Positions 36,917-45,285 of a stretch of 64,000 nucleotides of DNA are shown piece by piece (positions within the stretch are counted from its first letter, which is position 1; every line of letters starts with the position of its first letter). The notes beneath the pieces were generated by a model. It searched no databases. It had not been told where the DNA came from and saw only the letters and a list, made by a program, of their open reading frames with translations. Both the position numbers and the translations under genes were made by a program. Source of the DNA: Candidatus Obscuribacterales bacterium (GTDB lineage Bacteria > Cyanobacteriota > Vampirovibrionia > Obscuribacterales > Obscuribacteraceae); assembly GCA_965228855.1 (NCBI GenBank), contig CBDDIJ010000002.1, forward strand, positions 1,600,001-1,664,000. The letters run 5' to 3'.

Positions 36917-38306
36917 CCGGCTTCACCTGCATCGGAACGCTAAACCAGAATGTCGAGCCTTCGCCTTCGATGCTTTCGACTCCGATGGAACCTTTCATAA
37001 GTTCTACCAGGCGCTTTGATAATGCCAATCCGAGTCCTGTACCGCCGTGGCGTCGCGTCATGCTGCCGTCAACCTGTACGAATAAATTGAATAAACGTTT
37101 CTGATTTTCATCAGAGATTCCCGGACCCTGGTCTTGTACTGAGAAGCGGACGTAGGCGGTATTCTCATCGCGATTTTGCACGGTTGCTTCCACGCTGACC
37201 GTGCCGTCATCGGAAAATTTGATGGCGTTGTGCACCAGATTGTTCAGAACCTGTCTGATTCGACTGGCCGCTCCGTAAACCACGCTGTCGAGATTGCTGT
37301 CAATTTTTTGCTCAAGGTTAATCCCCTTCTGAGCGGCCGAAGCACTGAACGAATCCAAAACTCCATTCACCATCGCATCGACGCGAAAGTCCTCTTCGCA
37401 GATCTCCAGTTTTCCGGCTTCCAATCTCGACATGTCCAGGAGGTCATTTACCAAGTTCATCAGGGTCTTGGCCGATTTGAAAATGAAGTTCGCGGTTTCG
37501 TTTTCCTGGCCTTTGGTCTCGGCGACAAGAAGCTCGCTCAGTCCGAGTATTCCGGACATGGGTGTTCTTATTTCGTGGCTGATGTTTGTGATAAATTGAG
37601 ATTTTAGTTCGTTGGCGGCAACCGCCTCATCGCGTGCAGCCGCTAGCTCAGCTGTTCGGCGGGCGACGCGTTCTTCCAGCGAGTTGTTTAAACTGCGAAC
37701 TTCGGCGTACAGGCTCTCGAGTTGCTTATTCTTGTCGATGAACTCAGCGTTCATCTCGGCGAGTTTTGTCTGGCTTTTGGAAAGCTGATCGAGCGCGACC
37801 AATAGCTCCTGGTTCTGTTGATAGACCTCGTCGAGCGGATTGGTGGCGGCCAGTTTGGCCAGCGAGTTGGCGAGTTCATCGATTTCTGCACCGGAAAAGG
37901 GAATGACGCGGCCAATCAGATTTTTCTCAAGAGTCACATTGGTTCCGGTTGGAGAGGAGTCAATCGACATTGAATCGACCAACTTTTTTGCCCCCCGAAG
38001 TCCCATGTGTTCATCGCTGAGAGAGAGAGCCGCTTCGGGCATGCCTGGTCCCTTGTCACGGATGACGATGACGAATTTGATTGGTTGTTTACTATCGTCT
38101 ATGAAGAAGTCTACGAAACCTCCCTGGGCGTGGACCTGTGCGTTTCGGGCAATTTCACTCACAGCCGTCGAGATTCTAGTCTGGTCCCCGGCGCCGTAGC
38201 CTATTAGGAGCGCAATCTGACGGGCGCGACGCCGTACCATCAAGATGTCACTCTCAAGCTTTACAGGCAACGTCAACAACATTTTGGGTTTTTCGTTTGC
38301 GCTCAT
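36903..38306 (-). CDS. Sensor histidine kinase with an N-terminal RsbT-like ATPase domain
   Basis: N-terminal VSEIARN/DKGPG, coiled coil, SHEIRTP, NLVHNAIKF, DQGPGI, GGTGLGL. Confidence 0.93.
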   Translation of the reverse strand: MSANEKPKMLLTLPVKLESDILMVRRRARQIALLIGYGAGDQTRISTAVSEIARNAQVHAQGGFVDFFIDDSKQPIKFVIVIRDKGPGMPEAALSLSDEHMGLRGAKKLVDSMSIDSSPTGTNVTLEKNLIGRVIPFSGAEIDELANSLAKLAATNPLDEVYQQNQELLVALDQLSKSQTKLAEMNAEFIDKNKQLESLYAEVRSLNNSLEERVARRTAELAAARDEAVAANELKSQFITNISHEIRTPMSGILGLSELLVAETKGQENETANFIFKSAKTLMNLVNDLLDMSRLEAGKLEICEEDFRVDAMVNGVLDSFSASAAQKGINLEQKIDSNLDSVVYGAASRIRQVLNNLVHNAIKFSDDGTVSVEATVQNRDENTAYVRFSVQDQGPGISDENQKRLFNLFVQVDGSMTRRHGGTGLGLALSKRLVELMKGSIGVESIEGEGSTFWFSVPMQVKPDVDQ

Positions 38307-39313
38307 TTACTCCTCGATTGTTTGATCGCCAGGACTGTTTCATCATCCACGCTCTTCGCATGCAGCATATAGAGCCACCCTGCGATGATCTGAGCCGGCT
38401 TCTCGGCCACATCGTCCAGTGATTGGAAAGTCTTTGAATCCAAGCCGTCGGAATGCATCACCAGGACTGAATTCGGCGTCCATGGGATAGAAAGCTGATT
38501 GATCTTCCGACCTTCGTAGCCGAGCGTGCCATTCATGGAGATCAAATGTTTTCTTTGACCGCTCGCGAAAACCACGCCAGCGATATTTCCCAGACCACAG
38601 TAGTCAACGATTCCCTTGTTGAAATCGATTCGCGCAACCGCTCCGACAGCGCCTCTTGAGCCTCGCAATGACATGTGCATTATTTTGATTACTTCGGCAG
38701 GTGGTGCGTCGAGATTCTCGAGAAATCTTTTTCGGGCTAACTTTGCCGCGTCACTGGCTTCTACACCGTGACCGAGTCCATCCACAACCATGCAATAGAG
38801 ATGTTTATCAGTTCGCTCAATCGCCCATTTGTCGCCGGAAAGCTCTTCGCCGCGCTTGGGGACGGTAAACGCTCCGAAATCAAAGTCCGCAGTTGCTGCG
38901 GGCGAGGGCGAATTCCAGGTCCTGGTTTGAATCACTGTACCAACATCGAGCATGGAGAAAAAATTTGCTTCATCGGATAATCGCTTGATCGCACCAAGTC
39001 CGGTACCAAACGAACCGGCGGTCGACACCCCGTCTTTCACGCATTCGTCTATGTTCATACCGCGTCCGGAATCCACCGCATAGAGTTCGACTCCGACCGT
39101 GTCGCTCTGTGTCAAACTCTGCACAATCAGCCTGCCACCAGACTTAGTGTGTTTTAAAAGATTGGTACCGAATTCAGTGCAGGTAATGGACAGCTGGTCG
39201 GTTTTCTTATCGGAAAGTCCGCTGAGCCTTGCGAATTTAGCGATATTTCGACGTGCGTCGGAAATCTGGCTTTCTTCTGTTATCTCGAAGAGTAACGCGT
39301 CAATCACTTCCAT
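38303..39313 (-). CDS. RsbX-like SpoIIE/PP2C phosphatase with an N-terminal RsbT-like domain
   Basis: TEFGTNLLKH, DSGRGM, GTGLG, then SGD, VVDGLGHG, GLGNI, HSDGL, DDETV. Confidence 0.9.
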   Translation of the reverse strand: MEVIDALLFEITEESQISDARRNIAKFARLSGLSDKKTDQLSITCTEFGTNLLKHTKSGGRLIVQSLTQSDTVGVELYAVDSGRGMNIDECVKDGVSTAGSFGTGLGAIKRLSDEANFFSMLDVGTVIQTRTWNSPSPAATADFDFGAFTVPKRGEELSGDKWAIERTDKHLYCMVVDGLGHGVEASDAAKLARKRFLENLDAPPAEVIKIMHMSLRGSRGAVGAVARIDFNKGIVDYCGLGNIAGVVFASGQRKHLISMNGTLGYEGRKINQLSIPWTPNSVLVMHSDGLDSKTFQSLDDVAEKPAQIIAGWLYMLHAKSVDDETVLAIKQSRSK

Positions 39314-39729
39314 TTTGTCACGCTCACCGTTGTTCCTCGCCCCGGCTCTGACGTCAGTTCGAACTCGTCCATCAGTCTTTTCGAGCCGGTAAGTCCAAGA
39401 CCCAAACCGTTTTTTGATGTATATCCATCAGTAAGGGCCAGGTCCACGTTCTCAATCCCTGGACCGGAATCTCTGAACGTCATGCGTAACCCCATGTTCC
39501 CGTAATTTTGAACGCGCTCGATGCGGACGTCGCCGCCCATCCCGTGCTCGATAACATTCCTGCCGAGTTCGCTGGCTGCCGTGATGATTTTCGTCTGATT
39601 CATAGTCGAGAATGCCAGATCTGCTGCGTGAAGCTTGATAGCCTGGCGGGCATGCATGAGATCTTCTTCGGTATGCAACGGACAAACCTGTAGCAAGTCA
39701 CCTTCAATGATTATTGTCTCTCTTGCCAC
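39304..39729 (-). CDS. rsbT: Stressosome Ser/Thr kinase RsbT (copy 2)
   Basis: QTKIITAASELGRN, DSGPGI, DGYTSKNGLGLGL, RLMDEF. Confidence 0.9.
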   Translation of the reverse strand: MARETIIIEGDLLQVCPLHTEEDLMHARQAIKLHAADLAFSTMNQTKIITAASELGRNVIEHGMGGDVRIERVQNYGNMGLRMTFRDSGPGIENVDLALTDGYTSKNGLGLGLTGSKRLMDEFELTSEPGRGTTVSVTKWK

Positions 39730-40127
39730 TTTGTTACCGATACTCTTGTTCCGCTTCCGATCAGGGATTCTACTTCGAATTCGTCCATCAACCGTTTTGC
39801 GCCTCCCAGGCCAAGACCCATACCCGTGCCAGTCGTGAAACCATCCTCTAAAGCGCGGTCTATATCCTCGATTCCCGGGCCCTTGTCCTCGAACACCAGC
39901 CTCAGGCCGACTCTGCCGGTGCCGTCGTCTATTATCTGAATTAGCGCGCGCCCGCCCTTTCCATGCTCGAGGGTGTTGCGCGCCAGTTCGCTTGCCGAAG
40001 TGATTATCTTTGTCTGGTTGATCAGGCTGAAGTTGAGGAGGGCGACAACTCGTTTAACAGAGCTGCGCACGGTACCGATGTCATCTTCTACCGAAATCGG
40101 ACGATCTTCCTGCGATTTTACGACCAT
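39711..40127 (-). CDS. rsbT: Stressosome Ser/Thr kinase RsbT (copy 1)
   Basis: QTKIITSASELARN, DKGPGI, DGFTTGTGMGLGL, RLMDEF. Confidence 0.92.
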   Translation of the reverse strand: MVVKSQEDRPISVEDDIGTVRSSVKRVVALLNFSLINQTKIITSASELARNTLEHGKGGRALIQIIDDGTGRVGLRLVFEDKGPGIEDIDRALEDGFTTGTGMGLGLGGAKRLMDEFEVESLIGSGTRVSVTKWQERQ

Positions 40128-40509
40128 TGGCGGTTCGACCCCTGATTGATTTTGCTTTGATTAATCGCTCCAGAAGAGCCATTCCTTCTTCTGCGTGGAG
40201 AGCCGTGTGAATACCTTGTAGTGCAATTCCAAGTTCTGTGATGGTGATGGCGATAGCCGGCTGCATGCCGACCAGAACGGTTTCACAGTCGAGAAGCCGG
40301 GAGGCTTTAGCTATGTTGCCGAGCACGCGCCCCATGAATGAGTCGACCATCTCAAGTGCTGAGATATCAATTAGTACTCCCTTAGCACCAGCCGACAGAA
40401 TTTTTTCGGTCAGGTCTTCCTGAAGAGCCAGAGCGACTCGGTCGTGGAAATCCACCTGGATAGTGACCAGGAGCTTGTCTCCCAGTTTCAAAATGGGAAT
40501 TCGATCCAC
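40081..40509 (-). CDS. rsbS: Stressosome STAS protein RsbS
   Basis: RIPILKL, GVLIDIS, VDSF (phospho-Ser site), GMQPAIAIT. Confidence 0.93.
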   Translation of the reverse strand: MDRIPILKLGDKLLVTIQVDFHDRVALALQEDLTEKILSAGAKGVLIDISALEMVDSFMGRVLGNIAKASRLLDCETVLVGMQPAIAITITELGIALQGIHTALHAEEGMALLERLIKAKSIRGRTANGRKIAGRSSDFGRR

Positions 40510-40514
40510 TATGG

Positions 40515-41390
40515 CTATCTCCCCTCGTCTTTAGCTTCGGTTTCTCTGTAACTGTACCAACCGACTCTCGCCATCGCCTCACGCAAGGCGTCTTCCATTG
40601 TGGCTCTAGTGACGATGTCTTGGATGTCTATCCCGAGATGCACAATTGTTTGAGCGATTTGAGGTCGGATACCGCTGATAATGCATTCGGCGCCCATTAA
40701 CCTGGTTGCAGAAACGGTTTTGATCAGATGCTGGGCTGTTTGTGTATCGACGGTCGGCACACCTGTTATGTCGAGAATGGCAATTTTGGCGCCGATGTCC
40801 ACGATCTTCTGAAGCAGATTCTCCATCACTATTTGCGTTCTGGCGCTGTCTAATGTCCCGATTAGTGGGACGGCGACGATGCCTTCCCACATCTTGATGA
40901 CAGGTGTAGACATCTCGAGGATGTCCTTCTGCTGCCTGCGAATAATGTCTTCGCGAGTCTTTTGAAACGCTTCAACTGTCAACATTGCAAGAGAGTCGAC
41001 TAGAGCTGAAATAGTCCAGATTGTTTTGGCAAAATTCGGGTCATTGGCTAATTCGGCTTCAAGCTGCTGGAACAGAGGTTGTTTGAACGACAGGACAAAA
41101 GATGCTGTCTCAGACGGTGAGGAGCCCTGGCGTGCTCTGGAGGCGGAGATCTCGGAAAGTAGCGATTTGACCGCATTCCATTCAGGCGTCGCCAGGTCTT
41201 CGATGTTTCCGTCTTTCGCAGCTGCTTGAAACAGCTTGAAAAATTCGTTGGAGCTGCTGGTCAGGGAGCTGTCTGAAATTGCTTGCGAACGGTTTTTATT
41301 CGCGAGTTGCAGACTAACCCAATTCTCAATGATGTCAGCCGATGATTTGCTCAAAATCGAGGCAATCGGAGTGAGTGTGTCTTTAGCCAT
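40515..41390 (-). CDS. rsbR: Stressosome protein RsbR (RsbRD_N-like N-terminus plus STAS)
   Basis: EMSTPVI, PLIGTLDSAR, DITGVPTVDT, SGIRPQIAQT; GGAGG SD. Confidence 0.94.
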   Translation of the reverse strand: MAKDTLTPIASILSKSSADIIENWVSLQLANKNRSQAISDSSLTSSSNEFFKLFQAAAKDGNIEDLATPEWNAVKSLLSEISASRARQGSSPSETASFVLSFKQPLFQQLEAELANDPNFAKTIWTISALVDSLAMLTVEAFQKTREDIIRRQQKDILEMSTPVIKMWEGIVAVPLIGTLDSARTQIVMENLLQKIVDIGAKIAILDITGVPTVDTQTAQHLIKTVSATRLMGAECIISGIRPQIAQTIVHLGIDIQDIVTRATMEDALREAMARVGWYSYRETEAKDEGR

Positions 41391-41773
41391 TAAAACCTCC
41401 GCTCAAGCGGTTGAAAAAGTCGACGCGTAGGGCCAAAGCATAGTTGGTTTTGGATCATTTTGGGGTCATTTCTCCTGATCTTTTTACGGTTCTGATTTGA
41501 ATTAACCCGCGGTTCTCAAGCGAGTCGGCTGTTTTTTCCAGGGGGTGTATTGGGCTTAGACCCGCTGGATTAGCGCCTCAAGTAGTAACACGCTGATTCC
41601 TCAGGTTGTATCCTTTTAGACACTGCACGCAGGAGTGCGAATTTGTTTACTGTAAAGAGAATTGGCTTAACCTGGAAACCGAGATTCTGACCGTACTTTT
41701 CCTTTTGTCTGAAACTGGTATTGAATGTGGTGTCATGTGAATTTTCTGAATACGAGGAGGAGCGGTTTTCAAA

Positions 41774-41953
41774 ATGCGTTCCTCGACCCGTGTGTCTGAC
41801 CGCAACATTATTAGCCGGTCGAAACGTCGTGCCATTCGAGAACCGTGGCTTTTGACCACAACGTGGTACAAAGTACCCAGCATAAGGTTACGCACCCTTC
41901 AAACCGAGACGAAATCCTCCGGAAGGATTGCAGGTCGGGAACGTGAGCGATAG
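41774..41953 (+). CDS. Possible small Arg-rich protein (59 aa, below track cutoff)
   Basis: GAGGAGGAG at 41754-41762, then ATG; MRSSTRVSDRNIISRSKRRAIREPWLLTTTWYKVP...ERER*. Confidence 0.3.
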   Translation: MRSSTRVSDRNIISRSKRRAIREPWLLTTTWYKVPSIRLRTLQTETKSSGRIAGRERER

Positions 41954-42026
41954 ATTGACGTCATCAATTAAGTATGAGCCCCAAGAAGGAGTCTCCGGGA
42001 AGCTAGCGAGCTTCTCGTTGATGGTC

Positions 42027-42518
42027 ATGAAAACATTGCCCGCTTTGGTTTTAGCCTCCAGCACAATCGTGATTGCCTTCGCCGGTCACTGCCAGACCAG
42101 CACGAAGACTGCCGCCAAGCCTCAAGACAACGCATCGGCAGCGCAAAAAAACACAGGCGCTCCTAAAGACTCCGCGACTGCCTTCGGTTCTCACCTGGAG
42201 CCAATTTTAAAGACGGTCAGCGCTTCGGAAGAGCAGCGCAAGTCGATTACAGCAATCGTCGACGATTTCAGGGCGCGTATAGTACCGCTCAGGCAGAAGC
42301 ATGACGAACTCCGCGATCAGTTTTTAAAGTCTCTTACATCCGGTCAGCCGGGTGAAGTTGTTCTCTCCAATCAGGCAGAATTCATTCGCGCTCAAGCAGA
42401 TTTGAATGCGCAGTATCTAGCGTTGCGCTTGAAGATTTCTCAAATTTTGACTGAAGAACAGAATAATAAGTTCAGCGAGTATCGTAAGAAGCAAGGTTGG
42501 AAAACTGCCGAGAAATAA
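42027..42518 (+). CDS. Spy/CpxP-like periplasmic helical protein
   Basis: Signal peptide MKTLPALVLASSTIVIAFAG; SEEQRKSI and ILTEEQ (LTxxQ-type) motifs. Confidence 0.8.
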   Translation: MKTLPALVLASSTIVIAFAGHCQTSTKTAAKPQDNASAAQKNTGAPKDSATAFGSHLEPILKTVSASEEQRKSITAIVDDFRARIVPLRQKHDELRDQFLKSLTSGQPGEVVLSNQAEFIRAQADLNAQYLALRLKISQILTEEQNNKFSEYRKKQGWKTAEK

Positions 42519-42634
42519 GGTTGAAGCCGGTTTCTAACGTTTTTAAACTAAACTGTTTATAGTCTTCCGGTGTGGATTTTCCATTCTTCGATGCTGATAT
42601 GATCGTTCGGTCGTAAAACAGCGAGCGCACGATC

Positions 42635-43960
42635 ATGCAGACTAATGGAGCAGGTAAGCCCGGAAACGTAGTTGTCGTGGGTGCAGGTATGGCTGGTTTA
42701 ACAGCTGCCAAAGAGCTTGCGGACAGAGGCTATAACGTAGTTGTTCTGGAATCACGCGATCGGTCTGGTGGAAGAATCTGGACCGACTTCTCGTTGGATG
42801 CACCTGTAGATTTGGGTGCTGCCTGGATCCACGGTAAATCCAAAAATCCGATTTTCGATCTCGCCAGGAAGAGTGGTATCAAAACTGCGCCGTCGAGTTA
42901 CAACAACTCGATGTTGATTGATGACAACGGGAAGAAAGTCAATTCCATTCAGCAATTGTTGAACGCGGGTCGCGCCAACCGAATTTTGCCTCGCTTAAAG
43001 CGGCTCGCCAAGCGCCTCGACAAGGATATCTCTGTCGCCGAAGCTGTGCGTTCCATTCTTGAAGAATCGAAGATGAGTAACGCCGAGATTAGTTTTCTCA
43101 ATCGACATTTGATTGAATTTCAAGCGATGAACGGTGCCTCGCTCGAAGAGCAATCGCTTTTCGCTCTCATTGATGGACCGAGCGAATATTCCGGTGGGGA
43201 CCTGGTTTTCCCGGAAGGCTACGCGCAATTGTTCGAGGGTATGGCGCGGGGAATTCATATCAAATATCGCGAGATAGTTTCTGAAATCAGGCATGGTGAT
43301 CACGGTGTTACCATTCAGTCCAATAAAGGGACCTATGAGGCTGATGCCGCCGTAATCACGCTTCCAATAGGGGTTTTGAAGGCTGGAACAGTCAAGTTCT
43401 CTCCTGAACTCCCGGATGCGGTTCGTTCATCAATTGCTGATATCAAAGTCGGTTTGTTCAACAAAATCGCTATGCGATTTGATGAAACGTTCTGGAATCC
43501 GGACTGTGACATGTTTGAATTGGTTTCGAGTCGCAGCGACTTCGTCTGTCAGTTTTTGAATTGGCGAAAATTTTCCAAAGAGCCGATTCTCATAGCTTGT
43601 TTCGCAGCGGACACGGCGCGCGAGTGGGAGCGATTGTCTGATGAGGAGACAAAAACGCGCATGCAGGCGCTGATTGCGAAGCTGTTTGGCAGCAGTGCAT
43701 CAAAGCCGACTGCAATCAGCATTACTCGCTGGGGGCAGGATGAGTTTTCGCTCGGAGCATATTCCGTAGTTGATCCGGGTGCGGCCGCGGCAAAGTTCGA
43801 CTCCCTGGGTAAACCTGTTGGACGGCTCTTCTTCGCAGGCGAAGCAACCGCCCGCGCTAATCAGGGCACCGTCCCTGGTGCGTATCTTTCGGGAAAACGT
43901 GCAGCCAGGCAGGTCGCCGAATATTGCCAAATCAAAAAAGGTCTCAGCGTTGTGACCTAG
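42635..43960 (+). CDS. Flavin monoamine/polyamine oxidase family protein
   Basis: VVGAGMAGL, RDRSGGRI, DLGAAWIHG, TRWGQDEFSLGAYS, FFAGEAT, GTVPGAYLSG. Confidence 0.93.
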   Translation: MQTNGAGKPGNVVVVGAGMAGLTAAKELADRGYNVVVLESRDRSGGRIWTDFSLDAPVDLGAAWIHGKSKNPIFDLARKSGIKTAPSSYNNSMLIDDNGKKVNSIQQLLNAGRANRILPRLKRLAKRLDKDISVAEAVRSILEESKMSNAEISFLNRHLIEFQAMNGASLEEQSLFALIDGPSEYSGGDLVFPEGYAQLFEGMARGIHIKYREIVSEIRHGDHGVTIQSNKGTYEADAAVITLPIGVLKAGTVKFSPELPDAVRSSIADIKVGLFNKIAMRFDETFWNPDCDMFELVSSRSDFVCQFLNWRKFSKEPILIACFAADTAREWERLSDEETKTRMQALIAKLFGSSASKPTAISITRWGQDEFSLGAYSVVDPGAAAAKFDSLGKPVGRLFFAGEATARANQGTVPGAYLSGKRAARQVAEYCQIKKGLSVVT

Positions 43961-43989
43961 TTTTGACGTGAGCCAAAATCTGTTTGCGT

Positions 43990-44361
43990 TTACACCAGGA
44001 CTTTGGCGAGCGACTTGCCTTGCTCTTCCACTGAGCGTATCAGACCTTCCAGGTTGATTCTCTGTCCGCGTGCGGTTAGAACAACCAGGTAGTGTCCGGC
44101 GGCTTCTATGAAGTGCAAAATGCCCTGATCCGTGAGAAGCGTCATTTGAACGAGGGCGCCGCGATTCATACGCTGAATCGAAACGTCGTTGTTTGAGAAC
44201 AGTGTCGCCGAGAGCGCGCCAATAGTGGCGACTTCGATGTCCGGCGGCAACGAAGTGCACAGCACCGTTCCGTCGCGACCGACCAGCAGACACCCGAGAA
44301 TGCCATGCTTGCCGTTGAGCGAAGCTACGAGTTGTTTTACTCCGTCATTAATTTCGGCCAC
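43990..44361 (-). CDS. Roadblock/LC7 (MglB-like) domain protein
   Basis: GILGCLLVGRDGTVL...IGALSATL...NLEGL; GGGGA SD before GTG. Confidence 0.88.
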   Translation of the reverse strand: MAEINDGVKQLVASLNGKHGILGCLLVGRDGTVLCTSLPPDIEVATIGALSATLFSNNDVSIQRMNRGALVQMTLLTDQGILHFIEAAGHYLVVLTARGQRINLEGLIRSVEEQGKSLAKVLV

Positions 44362-44396
44362 TAACGTATCCCCCAGTTAGTTATTTTGAAATTGCT

Positions 44397-45083
44397 CTAT
44401 TCTGCGTCTTCATCGCCGCCCGGTTCGTCGCCGGTCTTCTTGGCTTCTGATAAACGTTTGATAGCCAGAACGTCTACCCACGGTTCATCCAGAGCTGTAC
44501 TGAATACTTTCCCAGTTACTTCGAGTTTGTCTCCATCTTTGAGGGATGTGAGCAATTTGTTTTTGACTTTATCGGTTTCTTTCGGGATGGGCAGCGCCAG
44601 TTTCAGTTCCGAAAGCGGTACTTTGGTTTCGGTTTTTCTAACCAGGAACGAAATGTGAGTTTTTTGCGGGCGAAAAGCCGGTTTGTAGTTGAGTGCGAGT
44701 GTGCAAAATCCGGCAAAATCAGCCGTGAATTTGACGTTTTTGCCAAGAAACTCTTTCGGTTTCTCAATCAGAGAATCAGGTGTTACGGCGTTGACGTTGG
44801 TGAGTGGAACGTCCGGTACGATCTCTCCTTTTATGTTCTTGTCATCTGCCTTGGAGTCTTTAGCGGTCTCTTTAGTGTCTTTGCTATTTGCGTCCTTGGC
44901 CGGCTCTTTCTTTTCCGGCGCCTTCGGTGCTGGTTTGGCATCCTTGGCGGCGGGCTTGGCATCACCGGCTTTCTGGGCAATTAAACCATTCGAAATCTCA
45001 TTCGAATTGGCAAGACCCGCCTGAATACCGGCGAGGGAAATAGTAGCTGCGACGATCAAACTTATGGAAGATGCCCTTAACAT
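44397..45083 (-). CDS. Secreted hypothetical protein, Lys-rich linker plus probable OB-fold
   Basis: Signal peptide, AKPA-rich linker, PKEFLGKNVKF...LKDGDKLEVTGKV. Confidence 0.75.
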   Translation of the reverse strand: MLRASSISLIVAATISLAGIQAGLANSNEISNGLIAQKAGDAKPAAKDAKPAPKAPEKKEPAKDANSKDTKETAKDSKADDKNIKGEIVPDVPLTNVNAVTPDSLIEKPKEFLGKNVKFTADFAGFCTLALNYKPAFRPQKTHISFLVRKTETKVPLSELKLALPIPKETDKVKNKLLTSLKDGDKLEVTGKVFSTALDEPWVDVLAIKRLSEAKKTGDEPGGDEDAE

Positions 45084-45285
45084 GATTGAACCTATATTTT
45101 GCGGATATCGTATTTGGGTTGAGTTGACTCTTTCAAGTTTCCCATATTACCAGAAGCTTATTAGCGCCGCCGTAAGTCAAGTTGTAATATTGACTCGTCC
45201 AGACTTAGTAACCGTGTTGCTGTAGCGATTTTTCAGCGACTCGTTATCATGCGGTAACATCACGTTCTTATGAGGGTGACGAAAT

